From Selaginella moellendorffii (lineage: Eukaryota > Plantae > Lycopodiophyta), in contig NW_003314295.1 of assembly GCF_000143415.4 (NCBI RefSeq), positions 124,001 to 188,000 on the forward strand: 64,000 nucleotides of DNA, read 5' to 3'. The notes beneath the pieces are model-generated. The model did not search any database, was not told where the DNA came from, and saw only the letters and a list, made by a program, of their open reading frames with translations. Made by a program: the position numbers and the translations under genes. Of the stretch, positions 1 to 12,442 are shown piece after piece (position 1 is the first letter of the stretch; every line of letters starts with the position of its first letter).

Positions 1-2828
1 GAGAACCTCCTCCGCCCAAAGCCCGAGCACGAAGCTCCCAAGCTGGCGGACTTCCTGGGCGGTGGCTCGTCCCTGGGTGGCGGCGGCGGCCAGTACTCGA
101 GCCGGGACTCCTCCAACACCAGCCCGGGAGTAGCGAATCTCTTCTACGGTGGTGGTGGCGGCGGAGGCGGCCACCAGCAGCAGCAGCAGCACCACCAGAT
201 TGGCCACCACCATTCCGGAGCTCCCTTCTCAGCGACGCCGCGGCACCAACACGATCACGCCGCGGAGATCAATGTCAATCTCCCGTATTACAACCTCTAC
301 GGTGGTGGCCTCGCGGAGGCCACCGGCGAGGGGGGATTCGATCACCACTCGCACCAATCGCGGCACAGCGAATTCGAGCAGCACAGCCAGCAGCAGGCGG
401 ACGACAATCTCTGCTCCACGATCTCGTCGCTTCATTCCCACTCTAGCCAGCTCGTCGCGGGGCAGGAGATGGATCACCACGGCCACGCGCAGCACCACCA
501 CGGCCACCAGGAGGCCAGCAGCAGCCTCTTCTCGGACTGCAGCCTGCAGCTCCCCCATAGCTCGAGCAACGCTAGCAATGGCGGGAATATGCTGGGGATA
601 TCCGCGCTCAAGACTTGGCTCCGCCAGCACCAGCAAGGATCCTCTCCTCCCGGCGGCGATCATCAGCTCGCAACCAAGGCCACCATCGCCCCCGCCATCG
701 CCGCCAATCCGGGCGCCGCCAAGAGCACCGCCACCGGAGGCGCATCCGGAGAGTTTAGCGCGCTGGCGAATTTGCAGTCCTTGACGCTGTCCATGAGCCC
801 CGGCTCGCAGTCCAGCACCGCCGCCGCCGCTCCATCGCAGGTCGCGGCTGCCGATCATCACAGTCCTTGCAACGCTGCTGGAGCGAATCTCTGCTGCTCC
901 ACTACCTCCGCGCTCGTCACCAGTGCGGCCGCCGCCACCGCTGCCGCTGTCGCTCCCAGCGATCCGGTTTCCAGCGACCAGCCGCCCAAGAAGAGGCCCA
1001 AGGCCGGTGGCAAGGAGCCGTCTCCCAGGAAATCCATCGACACCTTCGGACAGAGAACGTCAATCTATCGAGGCGTTACAAGGTACGTGATCGACAACTT
1101 TTGATCGATATATGGAGGAACCATAGCTAGACTAATCACGGGTTTGATGGAGCAGGCATCGCTGGACTGGACGTTACGAGGCACATCTGTGGGACAATAG
1201 TTGTCGAAAGGAGGGCCAGACCAGGAAAGGGAGGCAAGGTATGTTCATTGTTGATCATTCGATACAAAGTTCCGCGAGCTGACCGCTCTCTCTTTTGCTT
1301 TTTTGCTTTTTCGTATACGTGGTGGTGGACGCAACTTCGTTGGATCGATCAATGCGCAGTTTACCTGGGTGAGTGTCACTCTTTGTTGTTCGTGCTTGAA
1401 GTGTTTTTTCGTTCCTCATTTAATGTTTCTTGCCGGGAATGAATGCGCAGGGGGTTATGACAAGGAAGAGAAAGCAGCGCGAGCGTATGATCTGGCGGCG
1501 CTCAAGTATTGGGGACCTACGACCACCATCAACTTTCCTGTGAGATTCCTTCCTCTTGTATTATTCATGAACTCACAAGACCGTGTGTAAACTACGTTTT
1601 GATTGGCATCAGCTAAGTGACTATGAAAAGGAGCTAGAGGAGATGAAACACATGACACGGCAGGAGTTTGTGGCTTCCCTTAGAAGGTATTTCAGTCGTT
1701 CCCCAGCTTGCCTCCCAAGATTTCTTCGCTGAAAAATGTGTGTTCGCAGGAAAAGTAGTGGGTTTTCTAGAGGAGCATCGATTTACAGGGGAGTGACGAG
1801 GTAAGCGTGGCGTGAATCCTTCTACTTCGCGATTCCTAACAAGCTTTAAATCATGCAGACACCATCAACAAGGACGCTGGCAAGCCCGGATTGGAAGAGT
1901 AGCCGGCAACAAAGATCTTTACCTCGGAACTTTCAGTAAGTTCTCAGTTGTTTAAAGCAATGCAATGCCTCGCTCGGTCTGATCTTGTTTAAACCAACCA
2001 GGCACGCAAGAGGAAGCCGCGGAAGCATACGACATCGCCGCGATCAAGTTCCGGGGCATCAACGCGGTCACCAACTTCGACATCAGCCGCTACGACCTCA
2101 AGAAGATCTGCTCGAGCCCGAGCTTGCTCCTGGGCGAGACCGCCAAGAGGTACAAGGACAGCGACTCCGGAGTGGATCAGAGCCAGCAGCAGATCATTCG
2201 AACCTCGGACGAGGACGTGGTACTTGTGCGCGGCAGCAGCGCCAGTGCTAGCCAGCTCCGATCGAGCAGCAGCCACGGCGGCCAGCAGCTCATCCCCAAG
2301 CCGGAGCAGGACTGGCAGCTGCTCTACAATCCATCGGGAGCGCAGGAGGTGGTCCATCCCCTCAGCGGGAGCTACCACCACCACCAGCCGATCATCCAGC
2401 AGTCGCCAAGCATGCAGCACGCGGTGCTGAGGAATCTCATCGGCCTGGACGCGCTCCCCAGCGGCGACCAGGGCGGCAGCCACATCTTCTCGGGCGGCGC
2501 CGCGCTGGGCGGGCAATCCACCTCCACGAGCACGCTCATGAGCAACTCGGTCTACTCGAGCGACAGCCCAAAGCCGTCGGTGGGCGAGAACGAGGAGCCC
2601 AATCCCGGCAAGAACCACTCGTCCAGCTCCTACGATCAGGGAGGCGCAATCGTTGGTGGTGGTGGGGATCTCAGCAGCCGCGGTGGCGGCTACTGGATGA
2701 GCAGCAAGCCAAGCAGCTACGACATGGGATCGATCGTGACGCCCGTGCAGCAGGCCTTGAATGGGAGGGCGCTGGCGGCGGCCGGGCATCACCACATGCC
2801 CATTTTTTCAGTCTGGACCGAGAACTAG
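1..2828 (+). CDS. ANT: AINTEGUMENTA-like (euANT) double-AP2 transcription factor, 5' end outside window; exons 1-1082, 1156-1238, 1360-1368, 1451-1539, 1613-1686, 1750-1800, 1859-1935, 2002-2828
   Basis: euANT motifs [29 protein letters not shown] and [20 protein letters not shown]. Spliced AP2-R1 ([52 protein letters not shown]), linker and AP2-R2. C-terminus [10 protein letters not shown]. All introns GT-AG. Exact orthology within the ANT/AIL group is not established. Confidence 0.93.
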
Positions 2829-3226
2829 CAGAGGTCTCGCGCTCCAAGCCCTAAAATTTGAATTCAAAATTTCAAATTTAACTTTTCGCGCGAAATGGGA
2901 GTGTTATGTTATTAAAGTTTAGGGCTTTCCCCAGCGACACGTGCCTCGAACGTGTCACCACCGCGATACTCCACCGCTGCGATGCTCCACCTCTCTCGAC
3001 GCATCCTATGCTGCTAGGGTTCTTTTCCATCGCGACAAGAGCTCCCATCTCGCCAGCGATCGATTTTTCTCCGCGAGATTACCGCTAGCGTTTGCGAATC
3101 ATCACTCCTCTGTTTTTCTCTCTCCTTGTTCTAGCTCCCGGGAGAGAATTTTGCGGCTTCTGGGATCCACAATCCCCTCCATCCCTCCCTCCCTCCATCG
3201 AGTAAGCGGTCAAGCGCGCGAGGATC

Positions 3227-4130
3227 ATGTCGGGCTCCACGCTAGCGGCGGGGTCGAGAATGGCCACCGAGGGCAGAGCTCACGGCGATATGAAGGAGCG
3301 CGTCCAGGAATCGGGCACGCTGGGTGGGGTGATGGGATCGCTCCGCGTCATCGAGCTCCAGCTCGTGGCCTTCATCATCGTCTTCTCGGCCAGCGGGTTA
3401 GTCCCCCTCTTGGATCTTGCATTCCCCGTTTTTGCATCCTTGTACGCGTTCTTCCTGGGATCGGTGGTGTTCCCAAACTACCACAAGCACAGGAGCGCCG
3501 CGCCCGAGGTGTTCAAGGGGAACCGCCTCTTCCAGCTCTACGTGATCTTGGGGACGCTGATGGGCTTGTTCTTGCCGCTGGCCTACGTTCTAGGGGGATT
3601 TGCAAGGGGTGACCAGGCGTCCGTGCGAGCCGCCACCCCACACCTCTTTTTGCTCTCGGTCCAGATCCTCAGCGAGAACTTGATCAGTGGGCTTGCGCTC
3701 TTCAGCCTCCCGGTGCGAGCTCTCCTGCCGATCCTCTACACTGCTCGCCGGCTCATTGCCTTGTCTTCGTGGGTGCACATCACCTTGACGATGACTATAC
3801 CACCTCAACATGATTTCCGGGTATGGGAGTTCTCTATCGTTTTTTCCTTTGTTTCTTTTTTTGGCTTTTCTTGTTGTAAGAGATGGCATGACACTCTTTG
3901 CTCTTTTGCATGGAATGAATCCCCAGAAAGCTGCGTGGGTGTGGTTTGGACGGAGTTTAGCCATCGGCAACTTAATGTACTACTCCATCAATCTGCTGGG
4001 ATTTTTGATCCCCCTGTTTTTGCCTAGAGCTTTCGAGCGCTACTTTCAGGACAGGGACGAGTACTACAAGGAGAAGGAGCAATCGTCCGCCACTGCTGCT
4101 ACTAAGGGGCCCGAGAAGAAGGCGCAGTAG
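3227..4130 (+). CDS. Conserved plant multi-pass membrane protein of unknown function; exons 3227-3820, 3927-4130
   Basis: Hydrophobic ORF GGVMGSLRVIELQLVAFIIVFSASGLVPLLDLAFP...; a phase-0 GT-AG intron joins it to KAAWVWFGRSLAIGNL...FLPRAFERYF. Confidence 0.85.
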
Positions 4131-5263
4131 AGAGCAGAAATGGAAATAACCTTGGTCAGTGGTGCTTCTCTCCTTTGTTTTTTTTACTTCTGCCTCCCTC
4201 TTCCTCTCTCCCTCTCGCTCTTGTCCTCGCACATTTGTGTAAAATGTTTGATTCTGAATAGAACACGTAGCCGCGTGTCCATGTCTCCAATTGTATGGCG
4301 TTTGGGCAACACTTGGTTGGCAACATATGTTTGCCAGTCATATTTTTTGCACAGGCAACAGAAGACACCTTGTATTGTCTGTCTTCTTTCAGTAGACTTC
4401 TTCCTGAATTACCGAATTACCTTTGCTGAGGATCACTGTTGACCATGATATTTGATGATAATTGACATGAGTGTGTCCAATGCTTCTAACACACAACAAA
4501 AAGCCAAGTTGACACACTGCTTGTTTGGGGACGCTCTTGGATCCAAGTCAGGCGCAAAAAGGGCACAATAAACCGACTTCACCGTTTGGAACAGCACCAT
4601 TTTTTCACCAACAGCTGCTAGCCAAAGCCGAGCTGAAGATCAGTGTGTTGGGATGTAGACGATAAACCGCCGGTGATTACCAACATAAAGGCTCCACAAA
4701 GTTCAGATCCCAATCAACGAATTCCCTCCAGATGCATTCCTTCAAGGGCGAGAAAAGGCATCACGACGGTGTGCATCTGCAAAACTAGTGCGTCATTTCG
4801 TAGAGGCTTTGCTTTCCTCTCTTATGATTCCACGATCCTTTGTAAAGGATCGACTGTGACTGCCTACGGGCATTGAGGAGGACGAACAAGAACATCAACA
4901 GTTTACGATGACATGACCATACCTGGGCACAAAGCAATCCAGGCATGAAAGACCACGTCCAGAACATAATGTGCCAGTCATCTAATCCAGTACGAGAGCA
5001 GTCGAGAGTGACTGTGTCCAGAATAGTCGGTTAGAAAACCACTTGTTTAATTGCTTCTCCCATTACCTTGCATAATTGTAATCCATCGGCAGTCTAGCTC
5101 CAGTAATATTATAATACAATACTTAACTATACATTCTCGATTGTAAATAATTATAATTATTCTTTGAAATATGTTAAATTGTTTTCTTAGTTAACAATGG
5201 AGGGGCATAATTTGGGTTTAGGTGTTTTCATTCATATAAGATTTTATTTTGGTATTTCAAACT

Positions 5264-5265
<2 letters not shown>

Positions 5266-5301
<36 letters not shown>
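5266..5301. repeat. (TA)n microsatellite at the left edge of the TE island
   Basis: Direct reading. Confidence 0.95.
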
Positions 5302-5302
<1 letters not shown>

Positions 5303-5339
5303 CCCTAACTAGGTAATATACTAATTATAGTATTATAAC

Positions 5340-5450
5340 ATATAAACCGTTTATTTGGGATTGAATCTGGTCCATCCATTTTTGTATATAAATAGGGGTC
5401 TAAAACCTTAATTAATATACTACTCATATTAGTGTTCATTGGTGGTAGTA
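5340..5450 (+). mobile_element. Decayed LTR end plus PBS-like TGGTGG, related to element D family
   Basis: aatctggtccatccatttttgtatataaatag resembles D LTR aatctggaccactcactcttgtatataagctag; ends ...ttca ttggtgg like D ...tcaca ttggtgg. Confidence 0.5.
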
Positions 5451-5520
5451 GGCATTGGAATTTGTTCTTGAAGGGCAAAGTTTTTTGGCAATGCTTTGCT
5501 CTAATATTCAAGATTGTGCT

Positions 5521-5937
5521 TGTTGTGAATGTAATTATGGGTATCAAAAGTTACATGTTGATTAGTCCTTTCAAATACTTTTTCTTTACTACCATGACGG
5601 TAAAAAGTTGATATTGCTAGACCCTTTATTAATCCCTCTTGTTCAAGTGTTAATAAATTTCACTTAGCATCTATACTTGGCTAGACAAACATAAAGAAGG
5701 AATTCTTAAGTATTTATTTAGCCAACTATACCTAACTTACCTTGTTAGTTATCTTTTACCTTGTTTTGCATTGGCTTGACAAAAACCTAAATTGGTCCTT
5801 TAATATTTGCTAGATGATAATTCACCATGTTTGCCAAGCATTTTCGCTATCATGCCTTTTATATTAAACTTATTTGGTCCCAATTGTTATTTATGAAAAG
5901 AGTGTAGATTTGCTGATTTGACATAATTTAGAACATG
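5521..5937 (+). mobile_element. Decayed fragment of family-B LTR (opposite orientation to element B)
   Basis: tgttgtgaatgtaattatgggtatcaaaagttacatg... aligns to the reverse complement of ~15115-15537 (tgtcgcgaatgtgacttcgagtatcgaaagttacctg...), mostly C>T/G>A differences. Confidence 0.85.
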
Positions 5938-5982
5938 ACAAATAAAATAAAAAGAAAGCTAACCAAGTTAATCTATCTGTAA

Positions 5983-6042
5983 TAATTAGCCCAAAAACCC
6001 TAGCTTATATACAAGAGTGAGTGGTCTAGATTGAAATCAATC
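5983..6042 (-). mobile_element. 60-bp fragment of family-D LTR, inverted
   Basis: taattagcccaaaaaccctagcttatatacaagagtgagtggtctagattgaaatcaatc is the reverse complement of 59691-59750 with few mismatches. Confidence 0.85.
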
Positions 6043-6043
6043 C

Positions 6044-6752
6044 CTTAAATTAGCCTCCTTAACTAAAAGCCCATAACAACAAAATATAGGTGTCCCTATA
6101 CCCCTCCCCTCACCACGCCCTAGTATAGGGTTGGGACTTGAACCTAGCCTTGCTTTACTAGAGGGTTGGGACTTGAACCCAACCTCCATAGAATATGTCT
6201 ATGAATTCAACGTCCCTACGGGGAGTCAGGCATAGTTCTCTACGCTTGGTCGACCTAGTTAACCCATGTTAATTAATTTACCTTTGTCACACCTTCGGAT
6301 CCCAATATATGACATTGCTAAATTTCTTAAATAGATTTTTTAATTAAAATTTGCATAAATACATAGAATTCTACCTTGCAAAAATTCTTCCATTAAATCT
6401 CACGTGTTCGCTAGGTTCCTCTTCGGTTCCCATGTTACTTCACAGTGTGGAAATCTTTTCCACTTCACATGGAACTCCCTCACCTTATGTCCTTGTCGCT
6501 TGCTCTTGCGCGCATTGAGAATGGCCTTGACTTCATATTCCTCTTCCCCTTGGATAAACTCAGGTAAATGTCTTACTTGGTCCTTGCAAAGCAGATCTTC
6601 AAAATACAGCTTGAGTAAGTTCACATGGAACATAGGATGCATTTTACCCATCTCTCGAGAAAGTCAAAAGCAATAAGCCACCTTATTAATTTGAGCCTCA
6701 ATCTCATAAAGCCCCACAAACTAGTTTAAGGAACTCAAGATTAGTTCATTTC
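6044..6752 (-). pseudogene. Inverted relic of family-A 3' end (intron-2 acceptor, GPY region, chromodomain, 3' UTR)
   Basis: ORF 6400-6651(-) MGKMHPMFHVNLLK...EEEYEVKAILNARKS...VKWK..HCEVTWEP matches the 12420-12734 ORF; DNA aligns to ~12413-13121. Confidence 0.9.
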
Positions 6753-9700
6753 CAGAAGGATGTCTTTGAAGACATGGCCAACAAGTCGTAAGATTAAAAA
6801 GAGATGTTTGATATGGGCATCGAACTTTAGTGAAGTTGTAAGGAACTAACTCCTTGGGGTGTTGTAAGCTAAAGGATCCCCGAAAGCACGACCAAAATGA
6901 TAAAGAGTTCATCGGATGAGACTAAGTTCGAGATCGAGTCTGAGACCGACTCTGAGACGGAGTTCCATATCGAGTTTGAGACCGAGTCCGAGATCGAGTC
7001 CAAGACCGATTGTAAAACCGAGTTCAAGACCGAGTTCGAACCAGATTCGGAGTTCCAATTCGGTTCCAAGTTGGGTTTGGGGGTGGATTCAAAATTGGAT
7101 TTTAAGTTGGGTTCGGAATTGGTTTTGGAATTGGATTCCAAGCCGGGTTCGAAATTGGGTTCCAAGTTAAATTCGGAGTTGGATTCCGAGCCGGTTTCGG
7201 AGTTTTATTCGGGTTCAGGGGGGGAAACCCAAAGCCTTGTTTTTCCCAAGGGGGGGGGGGGGGGGGGGGCTGTAGAGGGTTCCAAAAGTATAGTAGGGAT
7301 AGTGAGGTCCAGGAACCAGTTTTGAAGGGACTCTCCAGTGGGGCTTCCAAACCGACTTGAGGTTGAGACTGGGACTGAGGGGCCTTGGGTGGGAGTGAGC
7401 ATGGACTTAGTTGGTGCTGGAGGGGCCATCCAAGGAAGTGCTCACGAGCAGCTCCCACTCTCGAAAGGGAAACCGATTGCAGTGCTCCCGGCTCATGTGG
7501 AGTGGTGCCCCGCTTGAGTACCATGCGGCTCATTGGTCCTCGCCCTTCCTAGGGGCTTGGGCCTTCTTTCGGGATGGAAGTGGGGGGGTAGAGGTACCCA
7601 TACCGGGCTGCTAGGCCACGGTGTTTCGCCCCGGCATCCCAAAGCAAGTGTTGCACTCAAGACTTGGGATTTAGAGGGTCCCATGATCAAGTCTTGTGGT
7701 ACCAAGGGATGTTAGGAACCTGGAAGCTTGGTGTGCTTGGCTGCTTGTGCTTGCGGGGAGTGTAGCCGAACCTTAAGTCCAGTCTAACCCGGGGAGGGGG
7801 ATTGGGAGTGATTTGGGAATCCGTGGATGGATGGTTAACACTCCGTTGCTCGTGCAGTGAGTAGCTGAAACCAAGTAGGAGCTGGTACCATAGGCGAGAA
7901 CCTTGGCAAGGGAACTTAGCAAAAGCCAAGGCAGTGTTGGATGGATAGACGAGGTAAGCTGGCAAATTGGAAAGGAAAAATTTGTGGCTTACAATTTGGT
8001 ATCGGAGCCTTTTCCTCAGTTCTAGCGAAGGATAGAGGCAGATTGCTGGGAGATGGCAAGGGCAGGGTGTAAGCGAACCCAGGCAGAGACGGAACCTCCG
8101 CCGGAGTTGGAGCCTCCAGTCGAACAAGAGGCTATGGATGAGGAATCCTTGCATGAGGAGGACTCTAGTGAGGAAACTTCTAAACAGGAGTTCAGTGGCG
8201 AGGTTCGGTCGTCCAAGGGTCGATTGGACGTGCTAGAAGGACAGTTGGCACAGACCAATGCTCTGCTGAAGACTCTTGTACGCAAGCTAAAGCGTGACGA
8301 GAAGCGGAAGAAAAAGAGAAAGACTGCGGATGCTGGCAGCGCAGAAGGTGCGGACCCTTCGGCAGGGACTGAGGCAGAACCAAACAAGGTCGAACAGACC
8401 GAAGTAGAATCAGTCCCTCAGGCAGTTCCCAAGTACAAACTAAAGCCCCCACCAGTCTTCAAGGGAGTGAATGACTATAAGGTGGTGGAGGATTGGTTTT
8501 ACGATATGGAGGACTACTTCCGAGCGTTGCGATTACCGAGCTCGGAGAAGGTCCCATGTGCAAAACCATACTTGGCAGATAATGCCAAGTCTTGGTGAAA
8601 AACGACGGAGGCCAACGAAGGACCAGTGGCCACTTGGGACATGATGAAGGCGAGGATCCGCGCAACATACGTTCCTCCAAATGCCACTCTGCATCTGAGA
8701 GATGAGCTGAGTAGGCTGAAGCAGACTGGAACCATCCAGGAATATGTGAATGGGTTCATGGCAAAGAGGATACTTGTCACGGACATGGGGGATATGGATG
8801 CGTTCCATGCCTTCATTTCAGGTTTGCAAACCTGGGCTCGTGGTGAGGTGATGCGCTGGAACCCGACCAACTACAAGGAAGCGTTGGATGCGGCCATCAA
8901 GGTGCATTTCAACGATAACCTGCAAAAAGGGAACACGACGGGGTCGGGAGCCACGTTTAGCAAAGGGGCCAAACCAAGGGGAATGTATAGCAGGGGGAAA
9001 TTCAAGAAGAGTTTCTCTAAGAATGAGTCCTTGGGGTTCCAGAAAGGCAAATCCAGTGGCCAGCGAGCGAGTACGTGGGGAAGTCAAGCGAAAAGAGACA
9101 AACCCACAGATAAGAAGGTCAAGTCGTTTAGCAGCGTGGGAAACAACGTATGCTACAACTGTGGTGAAGCGGGACACTTTTCGAGGGAATGTCCCTACCC
9201 GAAGAAGGCCAGAGCCAATATGGCCATCAAGTCAGGTGAAGTCCAAACTGAGGTATGTGATCCAGTCCCTAACTCAAAGTTACTTATTACACGAGCAACT
9301 TTGGTAGAGAGTCGTTCGCGACATCTACTAGCCCTCTGAGGGAAGCTCGAAGGCAGCTTTGTTAAGATCCTTATTGACACGGGTGCTTCGGATAATTTTG
9401 TGGCTGCAGACATAGTCCGGCAAGCCGGACTAACGGTGCAGCGGCTAGGCGAACCAAGGACTATAGAGTTTGTTCAAGGTAGCCAAAGCACCGATGAGGT
9501 ACTTTGACAAGCGAGGGTCGAAGTAGGGACATGGAAAGTAGACATGGATTTCACCGTGTTGGACATGGCGGGATTTGACGTGATCTTCGGAATGGATTGG
9601 TTTAATCGGTTCGTGGTAGCCCTGCATGGACAAGGTAGGAACCTTGTGGTACTGGCGAATGCCCAAGGAAGAAGATCTAGAGTGGAGGCCCAAGATCTAA

Positions 9701-11925
9701 AGGTATGGCAAAGCAAGGCCAAAGAATCCTGCTTAAACCTGGTGTCCATGAAAGGACAACTCATTAAAGGAACTAAGGTAGCATTTTTGTGCTTACTCTC
9801 GGTGAAGAGTGACAAAAAGACAGGAACGGAAGAAGTACCTTTAGTGATCCGACGAGTGTTGGACCAATTCCAGGATACCATGCCGGAGGAGCTACCGGCG
9901 GGGTTGCCCCCGTACGACCGATAGAACATAAGATTGAGCTGGTCGAGGGTGCTGAGGCGGTGGTTCGTGCACCCTATCGTTTGAACGAAAAAGAACTCGC
10001 GGAGCTCAAGCGCCAACTAGAGGAGTTGGTGGACAAGGGGTATGTTAGGTTGAGCAAATCACCATATGGGGCGCCGGTGCTATTTGTGAAAAAGAAAGAT
10101 GGATCTATGCGCATGTGCATAGACTACCGGCTGCTCAACAAATACACAAAGAAGAACAAGTACCCTTTGCCAAGGATTGAGGACCTGTTCGATAGGTTGG
10201 GAAAGGCAAAATACTTTTCGAGAATTGACCTAAGGTCAAGATACTACCAGATCAGGGTAGCGGAGGAAGATGTCGAGAAGACAATCTGTCAAACGAGGTA
10301 TGGGAGCTTCGAGTTTCTAGTGATGCCCTTCGGGCTATGCAATACGCCGGCAATGTTTTCGGCGTTGATGAACCATATCTTTGTACCCTATCTGGATCAC
10401 TTTGTGGTCGTCTATATTGACGACATCCTGATCTATAGCGAAACGCTAGAGGAGCATGCCAAACACTTGACGAAGGTGTTTGAGAAACTAAGGGAACACC
10501 AGCTGTATGCTAAAGAGAGCAAATGTGACTTTGCTCAACAAGAGGTAAAGTTTCTCGGGCATGTGGTGGGCAAGGACGGGCTTAAGGTGGACCCTGAGAA
10601 AGTCCAAGCGATCCAAGATTGGGAGCGACCATCGAATGTACACGAGTTAAGGGCATTCTTGGGGCTATGCAACTACTATTGAAAGTTTATCAGACACTAT
10701 TCGAGAGTAGCCATGCCCTTAACGGACCAAACGGGAAAAGGGAAGATGGTATGGACAGTGGAATGTGAGGCGACATTCGTCCACCTCAAAGGGAAGTTGA
10801 GGAAGGCTCCCGTGTTGGCATTACCAGACTTTGGTAAGGATTTTGAGGTAGAAACAGATGCTTCAGACTTTGCGTTGGGCGCAGTTTTGAAGCAAGACAA
10901 CCATCCAGTAGCATTCTTCTCGAACAAGTTGGACAAGGCTCAACAGAAGTGGCTTGCCCATGAGAAGGAATTATTTGCGGTGGTCAAGGCGCTCAAGGAG
11001 TGGCGACACTACCTTGGGAGACACTTCAAAGTTTACACGGACAATATGGCAACGAAACACTTTTTGTCACAGCCCGACCTAAGGGGAAAACAAGGTCGGT
11101 GGGCCAATGCTTTGGCCGAGTTTGATTACGAGATTCTGTACAAGCCTAGGAAGAGCAACATCGTGGCAGATGCGCTAAGTCGAAAAGCGAGCTTGAAGTT
11201 GGCAATATCTAGCGCGACAGCAACCTTTTGGGATGATGTGCGGACTGCATACGAGAACGATGGTCTAGCACAAGAAGTGTTGCTGAGGAATCTAGAGGCG
11301 CGGGAAGCTCACCAGAGAGGTGAGCTGCCAACGGAAGAGAAAACGGGCTATGCGGAACGCAACGGACTCATATATTACAAGCAAACGAGGGTGTATGTTC
11401 CAGAAGGGGAACTAAGGAAGGTAGCCTTGGAAGAGTGTCATGACGGACCTCTCGCGGGACACGGCGGAGTGCCCAAGACGATGGGCTTACTCAAAAGGAA
11501 GTATCACTGGCCAGATATGGCTAAGGACGTCCAAGACTATGTAAAGACATGTCCAACATGTCAGCAGGTCAAAGCCGTGACCAAGGCTAGTGGGGGCTTG
11601 TTGCAAAGCATCCCCATTCCAGATCGTCTGTGGAAATGTTTCACAATGGACTTCATCACGGGATTACCCCCAAGCGAGGGGTTCGATGTGATATTCGTGG
11701 TGGTGGACCAATTTTCGAAGATGGCACATTTCATACCCACCACAACGGAAGTGGATGCGGAAGGTGTGGCGAAGTTGTTCTTCAAACAAGTGGTTCGAGT
11801 GCGGGGAAGGCTGGAAGAGATTATCTCAGATCGAGATAAGATCTTCACCAGTAGGTTCTGGAGGACACTCCTAGAACAGTATCGCATCAAGTTGAAATTC
11901 AGCACAGCCTATCACCCACAGACAG

Positions 11926-11972
11926 GTAATGGGTAATAAGTCAAGATTGATGGCACTAACACTTCTTGACAG
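11926..11972 (+). other. 47-nt GT-AG intron in integrase core of element A
   Basis: ACAG|GTAATG...CACTAAC...TTCTTGACAG|AT; removal restores the invariant HPQTDGQTERVN motif and the reading frame. Confidence 0.88.
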
Positions 11973-12390
11973 ATGGACAAACGGAAAGGGTGAATAGGCA
12001 GCTGGAGGATTATTTGCGATGCTATGTCTCGAGAGACCAGACCGACTGGGTAAGTCATTTGGGACTTGCGGAAATGTGTTATAACAACTCACCACATTCG
12101 AGCATCGGGGTGAGTCCATGGGAAGTCATCAATGGGCGAGCTATTGAAGGTCCTGTAGAACTCGGTGTGGCCGAGTATCATGGAGAGTTACCCGCAGTGG
12201 AGGCATTCACAGCGGAAAGACTCAACATTTGGAATCTAGTGAGGGATTCCTTGGAACGGGCTCAACAAAGGCAAACTAAGTACGCGAACCAGAAGCGCCG
12301 GGATGTGGAGTTCCAAGCTGGGGAGAAGGTGTGGCTGAACACCAAGAACCTCAGGCTACCAAGTGGGATCAGCCGGAAGTTGACCCAAAG

Positions 12391-12442
12391 GTAAAAATGC
12401 ATGTATTCCTGTAAATGAATTGATCTTGAGTTCCTTAAGCAG
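12391..12442 (+). other. 52-nt GT-AG intron before the GPY motif of element A integrase
   Basis: AAAG|GTAAAA...TTCCTTAAGCAG|GTTC; removal gives RKLTQRFAGPYEI in frame. Confidence 0.88.

Noticed and set aside
149-2795. Alternative-frame and antisense ORFs over the ANT gene (similarly over GT47, ERF, OPT, FTSH4)
   Set aside because: Expected shadows of GC-rich coding sequence; no motifs.
4440-5110. Possible gene or pseudogene fragment with splice-like sites on the minus strand
   Set aside because: No recognisable protein in any frame I translated.
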